Source: an uncultured virus (IMG/VR IMGVR_UViG_2643221571_000003)
Taxonomy: Duplodnaviria > Heunggongvirae > Uroviricota > Caudoviricetes
IMG/VR virus record: IMGVR_UViG_2643221571_000003
Location: 1-64,000 of that record
Reading direction: 5' to 3' (one strand)
DNA length: 64,000 bases
The notes below the pieces were generated by a model. That model made no database searches. It had not been told where the DNA came from and saw only the letters and a list, made by a program, of their open reading frames with translations. Positions 1 to 8,138 of the stretch are shown here, one piece after another. Both the position numbers and the translations under genes were made by a program. Every line of letters starts with the position of its first letter. The first letter of the stretch is position 1.

Positions 1-177
1 CTATTTGCCGAGTTTCTTACGCACATCTGCAACCATCGGGCCGACGGCTTTTACCGCATCCTTGAGCTGTTGCTCAGTCACGCCAAACTCCTTCGTCCAA
101 TACTTCAACTCCCAAGCTTCTGAAGTGTTCACTCGAGCACGGTCTTGAGGGCCACGGTTTTTCAGATCGTCAGACAT
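1..177 (-). CDS. DUF3606 family small protein (58 aa, not in ORF track)
   Basis: Hand translation MSDDLKNRGPQDRARVNTSEAWELKYWTKEFGVTEQQLKDAVKAVGPMVADVRKKLGK; GGAG RBS upstream. Confidence 0.85.
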   Translation of the reverse strand: MSDDLKNRGPQDRARVNTSEAWELKYWTKEFGVTEQQLKDAVKAVGPMVADVRKKLGK

Positions 178-541
178 AGTCCACTCCTGCGGGTTGGCCT
201 GGAGATGTTCAGGCGTCTTTCGGTAGAGCGTTTGAATGCGCGGGTAGTTCGGTTGAGATTTGAGGAGGGAGCATGGATTTGGCAGGACGCCGGACGAGGG
301 GGAGCTTCAAACCGATGACGCGGGTCGGAGTATTGCCTGCGGCCAGCTTACGTAACAGTGCTACATCCGCTGCACTCCATGCTGATCCGCCCTTTGGTGT
401 GCTCAGTTCCTTATGGGGTGGAGGTCAAAAGCTACAACTGATCAGATGTGCGCCACTGGCATTCCATCCACGCTGGATGCCTGGCGTGGAAGAAGGTAGA
501 TTCAGCCCCGAAAGGATGATGCATACCTGTGGAGTGGATCT

Positions 542-904
542 TTGCGCAAACTGATTGTTGTACTTATGCTCGGTTTTTCGTGCAGTTTTCCCGTAATCGC
601 TGGTGATGGCAGGCCGGTCAAGGTTTCGGCCTTTGGAGCGATTGTCTCATCGAGCCTTGCTGTGACCCTTTCCCCCGTTTCGCTTACCGAAGACAGTCAA
701 GAAAGTAGTCAGAATAGTTCAAAGAAGGGTGACCGAAAGGTACTTGCCGCACGCAATGATGCTGCAGCTTTTGTCGCGAGTGATGGAGTTATTAGAGGCG
801 TGGGCCTGGAGGCTGCATTCGAGGTTTTGCGTACTCAGAATGAAACGAGCTCAGTCAGCGACGTCGAACTAGCCCAAGCAGTTTTGGTTTACGAATTACG
901 CTAG
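542..904 (+). CDS. DUF2388 family exported protein
   Basis: Signal peptide; motif AARNDAAAFVASDG-IRG-LEAA typical of Pseudomonas DUF2388. Confidence 0.75.
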   Translation: MRKLIVVLMLGFSCSFPVIAGDGRPVKVSAFGAIVSSSLAVTLSPVSLTEDSQESSQNSSKKGDRKVLAARNDAAAFVASDGVIRGVGLEAAFEVLRTQNETSSVSDVELAQAVLVYELR

Positions 905-1074
905 AAAAATGGAGTTTCGACCACTTGTATCTCGCTTGGTGTAGCCCAGGCCTTTGAAGGGTGGACATGGTGTCCTCCGTCCGATGTATTGTGAAAGTCT
1001 TCCGCACATAGGCACCTCTCCATCTGTCGAAATCTCCTACAGAAAAATTGACCGCAAGCCGGCTTCAAAGTTAA

Positions 1075-1090
1075 CTGTACATTCGTACAG
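1075..1090. promoter_or_regulatory. LexA (SOS) box
   Basis: CTGTACATTCGTACAG = CTG-N10-CAG, 20 bp upstream of umuD. Confidence 0.85.
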
Positions 1091-1110
1091 TATATGTAGA
1101 AGGCTGCATC

Positions 1111-1536
1111 ATGAGCTTCACCATTTTAGGTCCTATATCCGAAGGCGGCACGAAGCTGCCTTTCTGCTCGTTTCGTGTGCCCGCTGGCTTCCCGTCACCG
1201 GCGGCCGATCACATCGAGCAGCATATCTCATTGGATGAGGTCCTAAATATCAGGGCGCCGCACGTCTATCTCATCGCTATTACTGGAGAAAGCATGCAAG
1301 GGGCGGGAATTTTTGAGGGAGACCTGGCAGTTGTTGACCGGTCAATTGAGCCGGCCCACGGGCACGTCGTTGTCGCTCTTTTGAACAATGATCCCGTCTG
1401 TAAGCGACTGTGCAAGCGCGGGAAGGAGGTGATTCTCCTGTCAGAAAATCCGAAATACCCAGCGAGGTATGTTTTGGAGGGTGACGAGCTATCAATTTGG
1501 GGCGTGATTACCAGCACGGTGCGCAGTCATGTCTGA
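1111..1536 (+). CDS. umuD: UmuD/RulA S24 peptidase, DNA polymerase V subunit
   Basis: VPAGFPSPA cleavage motif, GESM catalytic Ser, VCKRL Lys. Confidence 0.95.
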   Translation: MSFTILGPISEGGTKLPFCSFRVPAGFPSPAADHIEQHISLDEVLNIRAPHVYLIAITGESMQGAGIFEGDLAVVDRSIEPAHGHVVVALLNNDPVCKRLCKRGKEVILLSENPKYPARYVLEGDELSIWGVITSTVRSHV

Positions 1537-2803
1537 CGCGCCAGTCTTTGCACTGATTGACTGCAATAGCTTCTATGCAAGTTGCGAGCGGGTCTTTCGA
1601 CCGGATCTGGCTAAGGTGCCCATCGTTGTATTGAGCAATAACGACGGTTGCGTCATCGCTCGCAGTTACGACGCCAAGCCGTTTATCAAGATGGGCGAGC
1701 CGTATTTCCAAATCAAACACAAGCTGAAGCAGCATGGCATCGTTCCTTTTTCATCCAACTACGCGCTCTATGGTGACATGAGCGAGCGAGTGATGACTCT
1801 GATCGAATCGATGGTTCCTGCCGTCGAGATTTACAGTATCGATGAGGCGTTTGCTGACCTATCGGGTATTCCCGAGCTGGATGCTTTGGGTCGTCAGATC
1901 CGGGAGCGGGTGCTGCGCTGCACTGGCATCCCCGTGGGGGTTGGAATAGCGAGCACCAAAACCTTGGCCAAGCTGGCCAACCACACGGCAAAGCGACTGC
2001 AAGCTCAGACAGGTGGCGTGGTGAACATCACCGATCCGGTCAAGCGCGATTGGGTACTGCGCAATACTGACGTCTGCGAAGTGTGGGGCGTGGGCCGCAA
2101 AATGAAACTCCACCTTGACGCAATGGGCATAAAATCAGCGATGGACCTCGCCAAGGCGGATCCTTGGACGCTGCGCAAGAAATTCAGCGTAGTGATCGAA
2201 AAGACGGCGCGTGAACTGGCCGGCACGTCGTGCCTGGAGCTGGACGATCCCGATGTGCCGAAGCAAGAAATCTGCTGTAGCCGCATGTTTGGCATGCGGC
2301 TGACCGAGCTGTCACCGATTAGGGAAGCGGTGGCCACCTACATGTTGCGAGCCTCGGAAAAGCTGCGTGCGCAAAAGTCACTCTGCAAGAAGGTCCGTGT
2401 CTGCATCCGAACCGGGATGTTCAACCCGCAAGAGGCGAAGTACGCCAACGGCGTGGTAGTCGATATGCCTTATCCCACCGACGACGTGCGCTTGCTCACA
2501 AAGGCCGCGGTTGATGCTCTGGATAAGATCTTCCGGCCAGGTTTCAAGTACAGCAAGGCTGAAGTGATGCTGCTAAACCTGTGCCAGCCAGGCGAATACA
2601 CCGACAATCTTTTCGCAATATCGCAGCCGACCGAGGCGACCCAGGTTATGGCTGTACTCGACCAGATCAACGAACGGTGGGGAAGGGGGACGCTGCGATC
2701 TGCTAGCGTGCCGACGAATCCCCTCTGGGGGATGCGCCGGGAAATGATGAGTCAGAGCTATACGACAAGGTTGGATCAGCTATGGTCGGTGTCTTGCAAG
2801 TAG
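1529..2803 (+). CDS. umuC: UmuC/RulB Y-family DNA polymerase
   Basis: LIDCNSFYASCE, SNNDGC and YSIDE motifs; C-terminal W-MRREMMS-YTT. Confidence 0.95.
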   Translation: MSDAPVFALIDCNSFYASCERVFRPDLAKVPIVVLSNNDGCVIARSYDAKPFIKMGEPYFQIKHKLKQHGIVPFSSNYALYGDMSERVMTLIESMVPAVEIYSIDEAFADLSGIPELDALGRQIRERVLRCTGIPVGVGIASTKTLAKLANHTAKRLQAQTGGVVNITDPVKRDWVLRNTDVCEVWGVGRKMKLHLDAMGIKSAMDLAKADPWTLRKKFSVVIEKTARELAGTSCLELDDPDVPKQEICCSRMFGMRLTELSPIREAVATYMLRASEKLRAQKSLCKKVRVCIRTGMFNPQEAKYANGVVVDMPYPTDDVRLLTKAAVDALDKIFRPGFKYSKAEVMLLNLCQPGEYTDNLFAISQPTEATQVMAVLDQINERWGRGTLRSASVPTNPLWGMRREMMSQSYTTRLDQLWSVSCK

Positions 2804-2843
2804 GGGCAGGTATTTGTTCGGCAGAACACCGGTGGGAAGGGAG

Positions 2844-2875
2844 TTGCGGAACAGATCTAAGAATTGCGGAACAGA
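2844..2875. repeat. Direct repeat TTGCGGAACAGA x2, putative integrase arm sites
   Basis: Copies at 2844-2855 and 2864-2875. Confidence 0.55.
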
Positions 2876-2922
2876 AAAGATAAGGGCCTGCCCAGGTTTC
2901 CCTGGCAAGCCCTTGATATCTA

Positions 2923-2980
2923 TGGTGCCCGAACCCGGAATCGAACCGGGACGCCCTTACGAGCGGGGGATTTTAAGTCC
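2923..2980 (-). tRNA. 3' fragment of tRNA-Leu(TAA), prophage att core
   Basis: Minus strand GGACTTAAAATCC anticodon arm, long variable arm, GGTTCGATTCC T-loop, CACCA end; 5' half absent; hairpin downstream at 2882-2914. Confidence 0.9.
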
Positions 2981-3015
2981 ATAATGTATTTGTTTTAAAA
3001 CAATGAGATAGCGTC

Positions 3016-3098
3016 AATTCTGCACCGCTATGCGCTCTCTTAAGACACCTTGCAGCCCTTTGTTTTCAAGGGGGCGAAAATGATTGCGGTGCAGAATT
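3016..3098. repeat. 13-bp inverted repeat AATTCTGCACCGC, putative arm-type sites
   Basis: 3016-3028 and its reverse complement at 3086-3098, between att core and integrase. Confidence 0.6.
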
Positions 3099-4132
3099 CA
3101 CTTCGTCGGAGTGACCTTTTTGCCGATCCTTTTGCGGATGTAGTTCTCGGTCATGACCACGGTGGTGTGCCCGAGCTGATCACGTGCTTGCAAGATATCA
3201 CCGCTCGATTCTGCCTTGTCGGTACCGGCCTTAGCTCGCAAGTCGCGCATCTGAAAATCTCCTTTCTCAACACCGGCTGCTTCCCGGGCCGCGTCAAACC
3301 TCCCGCGCAACATGCTGCTGGTCATTGGCTGCCCGTTCTCCATAACGATGAGCCTGCTTGTCCTGATCTTGTGCCCATCCTTCCTGGCCATGATTCGATC
3401 AATCACAACCTTCAGCTCGCCCGTTATCTCAATCCTCCTTTTTGCATTCGTCTTACCTTGCTTCACGGACAGCCTGTTGTCGCGGATATCTCGCTCATCC
3501 ATTTTCAGGGTGTCAGCGATGCGCTGCCCGGTCAGGTAGAACAAATCGAGCGCGTCCCGTAGCGGTTGTTCAGCGTGCTGATAAACCAGGGCGAACATCT
3601 CGTCCTCGATGTACTGATCACGCCCGGACTCCTTGTGCCCCTTAACGCCGGCGCACGGGTTGGCCAGGGCCGTATAACCGCTGCTTCGGGCAAAGTTCCA
3701 GATGGCGCTGAGTAGAGCTTTCTCACGATTGGCGCGCACCGGAGCTGTCTTGCCGCGCTGCCGCAGGTATTGGACGACGTGTTGAGGCTCGATCGCCTCC
3801 AGCGGCGCGGGCGGATCATCGAAGAATTTCAGCAGCTGCTTCAGCTCCCGAGTGTTGTCCTTTTGAGTGGCCAAGCTCTTGGTAGGCACCACCTCATGCA
3901 TGTAGATGTTTGCCACGTAGGCAAAGGTCAGCACGTCTTGGGCCAGGGCCGAGGACGCGCGGCTCTTCTCAAGCTTTGCGTACTCCACGATAGCTATTCC
4001 ATAGTCGCTGCCCAGGGCAAGTTCCTTCCTCGGCGATCCCCCGAGGTCGTAGTAGTAATAGATAGTTCCGCTACGTTGCTTCCGCTTCCTTAAGCGCGTA
4101 ACGCTGTCAGGCTGTGTTGGTTTCCTTCCCAT
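3098..4132 (-). CDS. int: Tyrosine integrase
   Basis: TGQR, RDLRAK, LGH..MTENY catalytic motifs; adjacent to att. Confidence 0.95.
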   Translation of the reverse strand: MGRKPTQPDSVTRLRKRKQRSGTIYYYYDLGGSPRKELALGSDYGIAIVEYAKLEKSRASSALAQDVLTFAYVANIYMHEVVPTKSLATQKDNTRELKQLLKFFDDPPAPLEAIEPQHVVQYLRQRGKTAPVRANREKALLSAIWNFARSSGYTALANPCAGVKGHKESGRDQYIEDEMFALVYQHAEQPLRDALDLFYLTGQRIADTLKMDERDIRDNRLSVKQGKTNAKRRIEITGELKVVIDRIMARKDGHKIRTSRLIVMENGQPMTSSMLRGRFDAAREAAGVEKGDFQMRDLRAKAGTDKAESSGDILQARDQLGHTTVVMTENYIRKRIGKKVTPTK

Positions 4133-4342
4133 TTAACTCACCAGCCGCGGCTGCCATTTTGGTTTTGTCGTAGTTTCGATGATCGCCTCTCCGGTTAGCG
4201 CATTGGCTATGACGCAAGGCCAGCCGCTGCGCTTGATGGTGTGGCGAATCCCGTTTCGCCTGAGCACTTGCACCTGCCCGGCTTTTGTCCTTGCGCCGGT
4301 GAGCGTGCAAACCTCCTCATGTGACAGAAAGTGAATTTCCAT
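4133..4342 (-). CDS. DUF4224 excisionase-like protein
   Basis: FLSHEEVCTLTG...QVLRRNGI...GWP; directly upstream of int. Confidence 0.75.
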   Translation of the reverse strand: MEIHFLSHEEVCTLTGARTKAGQVQVLRRNGIRHTIKRSGWPCVIANALTGEAIIETTTKPKWQPRLVS

Positions 4343-4344
4343 AA

Positions 4345-4563
4345 TTACCTCCCGCCCACCGTGGGCCGCGCTGTCTTGATGATGTGGATGGCAATGGCGA
4401 AGCTGATCAGCAGCCAAGCGCAGGTGCCGACGAAGGCGTAGATCAGTGCACCGTTGGTGCCGGTGGCGACAAGGTCAGGGCCGAACCAGAAGAGCCAGCC
4501 GAGTGTTCCGACCAGGTACAGAAAAGCGCCCAGCAGTATCAGGGTGAGTTTCATAGCGAACAT
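4345..4563 (-). CDS. Small two-TM membrane protein
   Basis: Two hydrophobic helices; AGGA RBS. Confidence 0.6.
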   Translation of the reverse strand: MFAMKLTLILLGAFLYLVGTLGWLFWFGPDLVATGTNGALIYAFVGTCAWLLISFAIAIHIIKTARPTVGGR

Positions 4564-4682
4564 GGGGTGTGTCCTAGCCGCGCTGGGCGGCGTATAGGGG
4601 ATTGGAGTGATAGCTTTCTGCCTATATTTCAAACAGGACCGAAGCGGTGTACAAAAGGGTTCAACTAAGTTCGTGATGAGGC

Positions 4683-4931
4683 ATGGACGTGTCACACAAC
4701 TTCGATGCTCCGATAGCTCACGTTTACCGGGGCCACGTGATGGTTCTCAAGTTCGACTGGCGCCGCCCGAACGACGAGAGCCCTGTTGCCGCAAAGATCA
4801 TTGAACCAGCACCCATCAATGGGTTGGGTGAGGTTGCCGCAGAGTTAGAAGGCCCTTGGCCTGACTATCCGGCAGCGCTTGATGAAGCGATGGCGGCAGC
4901 TGAACGATGGATCGATAGTCAGTTGCCGTGA
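4683..4931 (+). CDS. Hypothetical moron protein (paralogue of 11291-11539)
   Basis: GAGG RBS; PVAA and AERWID motifs shared with the 11291 ORF. Confidence 0.7.
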   Translation: MDVSHNFDAPIAHVYRGHVMVLKFDWRRPNDESPVAAKIIEPAPINGLGEVAAELEGPWPDYPAALDEAMAAAERWIDSQLP

Positions 4932-4958
4932 ATCCGCCCAACGACAGGCATGTGGGGG

Positions 4959-5144
4959 TTACATCAACGCCACCAAGCACGCTGCTGCGATTTGCCGGCG
5001 CAGATCCTGGCGTTGTTGAAGGCTGATCAAATCCCGCCTGTATAGGCGGTTGGACCATCTGTCGCATTCACGGAGGAAACGATTCCTGGATTTGCGGTTG
5101 GTCACTGGTGCAATTGTGATAATTGCTTGTGCGAACGCTCTCAT
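4959..5144 (-). CDS. Hypothetical protein
   Basis: 61-aa ORF with AAGGAG RBS. Confidence 0.5.
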   Translation of the reverse strand: MRAFAQAIITIAPVTNRKSRNRFLRECDRWSNRLYRRDLISLQQRQDLRRQIAAACLVALM

Positions 5145-5275
5145 GTGGCTCTCCTTGTTTGGTGAGCCTTGATGGTCGGCGCGTTGAAGTGTCGGTTTCC
5201 CGACTATTTACAGTGGAAATTACTCACGGCCTGGGCCCTCGGTAGATGAAGACGTAGGCGAACCACAGGGGGCGA

Positions 5276-5605
5276 TCATGGCGTAACCTCTCGGCGTGCC
5301 CACCAGCAGACAGGACCGTCGTCTGTGTCGTGAATAGCCAGGCAGAACCAGCCTTCGCCATCAGGCCGATCCGGCTCCCAGTAACTGCAGTCAGGGTCGC
5401 CAGCTTCGAAATAGCGCTCAGAGACCGCTTCGTCGCTGTGGTATTCGAGGCTCACCATCTTCACCTGCAGGCCCTGTGCAGCGATCCAGGCCTTGCACTT
5501 ATCACCGTCGCCTTCGTCGAAGTCGGGCATATCGGGGTGAGCGAACATTCCGTATTCGTCGCGCACGACCGGGGCTGGCTGGATCAACGTGATTTCTTCA
5601 GGCAT
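5276..5605 (-). CDS. Phage hypothetical protein
   Basis: RDEYG-FAHP...W-P-RPDGEGWF-LAIHDTDDGP motif typical of lambdoid early genes; AAGGA RBS. Confidence 0.7.
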   Translation of the reverse strand: MPEEITLIQPAPVVRDEYGMFAHPDMPDFDEGDGDKCKAWIAAQGLQVKMVSLEYHSDEAVSERYFEAGDPDCSYWEPDRPDGEGWFCLAIHDTDDGPVCWWARREVTP

Positions 5606-5689
5606 GACTTCGTCCTTGGCCGTTTTGATGGCCGGTTTATGCTTAAATGGGTGGATATGGAATGGATAGTTTTTCAGGGAGGAGCGCAT

Positions 5690-5806
5690 ATGTTTGCTGT
5701 CGGTGTATCACTACTTGCAGTCGGCTTGGGGACATCTAACCCTGGCTTTTGGATACCCGGCATCGCCTTTATGGCTATCGGGCTCTCCCAACGAGCAAAG
5801 CGCTGA
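5690..5806 (+). CDS. 38-aa hydrophobic peptide
   Basis: GGAGGAG RBS then MFAVGVSLLAVGLGTSNPGFWIPGIAFMAIGLSQRAKR, filling an intergenic gap. Confidence 0.5.
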   Translation: MFAVGVSLLAVGLGTSNPGFWIPGIAFMAIGLSQRAKR

Positions 5807-5822
5807 TCTTCGTCAGTTTGCG

Positions 5823-6548
5823 CTACACCCGTTTGAACTCGACCACCCAGACCCACGGGTTGGCGCCCCAGTCGCCGCCGACCGAGTTCCACAGATTGCC
5901 GAAGGCGTTGCGGGCTGAGTCGAGGCATTGCTCTTGGCTGTTCGTCTTGTTCCACATCCAGCCTGGGCGTTGCTGGTGTTTGCTGGCGGGGTATTCGCAC
6001 TCGGTTGCGTCCCGGATCCCCCGTCCACCGTGGAAGCAGGCCTGCCCATAGTCGGTGAAGAAGCATCCCTCGGCCTTGGCCTGGTCTTCGCTGATGTCCT
6101 GCAACCGCTCGACGCGCACGTCGGTGATCTCCAGCAGGATGCGGCTGGCCCAGCGCGGCATGTGTATAGAGGGGCGGCCTTTGCCTGGCGCGATCATCGA
6201 GCATCCTGTCTGCCGGACCGCCCCATCTGCCGGGTACTGGATCGGCTCGCCTTGGCTCAGGTCTCGCGGCGCTACCGCATCAACCTGTGCGTCTGCCGCC
6301 CAGGTCTCGCGCACCCACAGCCGGTCGCCGGACTGACCGTATGGGCAGCAATGCTTGGAGAAGTTGCGAGCAGTCTCACGGTCATCGGAGCCACAACCGA
6401 ACAGATGGCCTTTCCACGCAAAGTCCGAACCGTCAGTTAGCCGCGGTTTAGAGTTCACCGCACGCCGTGTGACCGTCTTCCTGCCTTCCAGGATGGCGCG
6501 CACCATCGGCGCCGAGAACAGGATCGGCCGTTCCTTTACTTGAGACAT
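5823..6548 (-). CDS. ASCH-like phage protein
   Basis: ERPILFSAPMVRAILEGRKTVTRR, GDRLWVRETW, PSIHMPRWASRI, NPWVWVVEF. Confidence 0.8.
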   Translation of the reverse strand: MSQVKERPILFSAPMVRAILEGRKTVTRRAVNSKPRLTDGSDFAWKGHLFGCGSDDRETARNFSKHCCPYGQSGDRLWVRETWAADAQVDAVAPRDLSQGEPIQYPADGAVRQTGCSMIAPGKGRPSIHMPRWASRILLEITDVRVERLQDISEDQAKAEGCFFTDYGQACFHGGRGIRDATECEYPASKHQQRPGWMWNKTNSQEQCLDSARNAFGNLWNSVGGDWGANPWVWVVEFKRV

Positions 6549-6638
6549 GAGTCGTCCTTGCCGCTATAGCGGCTGACTTCGAAGGGGGAGGGGGGAGTTG
6601 GGGATGTTATGCTTGAGCGCATCTTAATGGGGGCGCTC

Positions 6639-7325
6639 ATGGAATTTCAGCTCAAAGACTTTATAACGATTGGTGTTTCTGTAGTCGCACTGCTCATTGC
6701 AGCGGCGGGTTTTTACTTCGCTAATGTTCATAAGCCAGCGGATTTAACGCTAACTATGTTAGAGCGCTCGCAAAGTGGTGAGGTGGTGTCGGTGAAAACT
6801 GATGAGCGTAATATCTATATTCAGCATCGTAAGTTCGTCAGCAGAGCTAAAACGAATTTGAGCTACAGTGTTAGTAATACCGGAAAGCAAGCCCTTTGTG
6901 TTAAAAGTGTAGATATTCTTCGCGGTCCAAGCTGTCATGGGAATCTGAGAGACCCTAGACCTTTTACCGTTGTGTCAGGTGGTCAAGTAACTAGTTTTGT
7001 AATTGAGCCGAGCGATATTAAGATACTCGAAGTTAGTTACGATATTGACAACAATCAGTCGGAGAGCACTAATGATAAATATCTTTTGTTTAGCTTGGAA
7101 GTAGTGTCTGCGTTCGGCTCTCGATATCAAGTTTGCCACGATATTACTAATGTTATGGCTGTGACCTCACTGCATGATCCGTTATGGGATGGTGTTTCGC
7201 TCGGCAACCCAGTCCGTTCTGATAGGTATGTTCAAAAACATTTGAGGCAAGTCAGGTGGTCGATGTCCGCTGTTTCTGGCGGAGGGCTGACTGGACTGCC
7301 TCGACCACTCGGCGAAGGTAGGTGA
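6639..7325 (+). CDS. AT-rich membrane-anchored moron protein
   Basis: N-terminal TM helix, low GC, antisense to the early operon. Confidence 0.6.
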   Translation: MEFQLKDFITIGVSVVALLIAAAGFYFANVHKPADLTLTMLERSQSGEVVSVKTDERNIYIQHRKFVSRAKTNLSYSVSNTGKQALCVKSVDILRGPSCHGNLRDPRPFTVVSGGQVTSFVIEPSDIKILEVSYDIDNNQSESTNDKYLLFSLEVVSAFGSRYQVCHDITNVMAVTSLHDPLWDGVSLGNPVRSDRYVQKHLRQVRWSMSAVSGGGLTGLPRPLGEGR

Positions 7326-7893
7326 ATTTGTGGTTCTCTTCGACCGCCTTACCGTCGAGCGGGTAATGCCATTCCTCGCCGAACAGTTCAGTCAGTAGCG
7401 CGCTTTGATGCCAGCATTCGCTCGGGCTCTCGATGCTGCGCAACACATCGATGCCATGCCAAAGCTCACGGGCTTCATATTTGCTCAACTCCCCAAGCTC
7501 CCAATCGTGTCGCCCGGCCTGTTGCCTGCGCCGCTGGGCGATGCACTTCTTGGCCAGGGTGTGAAGTGCGTCTCCACTGAATACAGTTGGGCTGATCCCA
7601 CGATCCAGGCAGTGCAAGACGTAGTCCCAGCCGCAGTCGGCGACGAACTCGGCGACGGTGCGCGGGCCCATCCCACCCCAGTAGGCGTTCCAGCTGTTGT
7701 CCCAGCAGTTGATGGTGATCTTGCCCTGGGCGGTCTGGTAATTCGGATCGGATTCGGTCGGGCAGTCGCGCCGACCGAAGTCCTCGAGGAAGACGGTGAT
7801 CGGGTCCAGCCGCGGCGCGCCGGTGATGACCAGCTTCGTGACTGTCGAGCGCTCAACCTTCAGCGGTGCGGCGAGTTTGTTTTCTGTAGGCAT
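7252..7893 (-). CDS. Phage hypothetical protein
   Basis: LDPITVFLED...GKITINCW...WGGMG; AAGGA RBS. Confidence 0.7.
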   Translation of the reverse strand: MPTENKLAAPLKVERSTVTKLVITGAPRLDPITVFLEDFGRRDCPTESDPNYQTAQGKITINCWDNSWNAYWGGMGPRTVAEFVADCGWDYVLHCLDRGISPTVFSGDALHTLAKKCIAQRRRQQAGRHDWELGELSKYEARELWHGIDVLRSIESPSECWHQSALLTELFGEEWHYPLDGKAVEENHKFTYLRRVVEAVQSALRQKQRTSTT

Positions 7894-8138
7894 GGGGAGT
7901 CCTTGCCGGGCCATGCTCGGGCGGTTTAGTGCTGTCAATGGGGTAGGCGTGAGAGAAAGTTGCGACTTGTAGGAAGGCTAACGACAGGTTTCAGGTATAC
8001 AGCCAGATCCGTCGTGACATCAGAATCAGTGGCACCTAAACGAAACGGTGCTGCAAACATGCAAACCCTGATTGATGTACTGGAACTGATTTCCCTGAGC
8101 CTAGCGATTATTTGTTCGCTCAAGGAGCTGGGATGGCT

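Noticed and set aside
2923..2980. Functional tRNA-Leu gene
   Set aside because: The 5' acceptor strand and D-arm are missing; it is an att remnant
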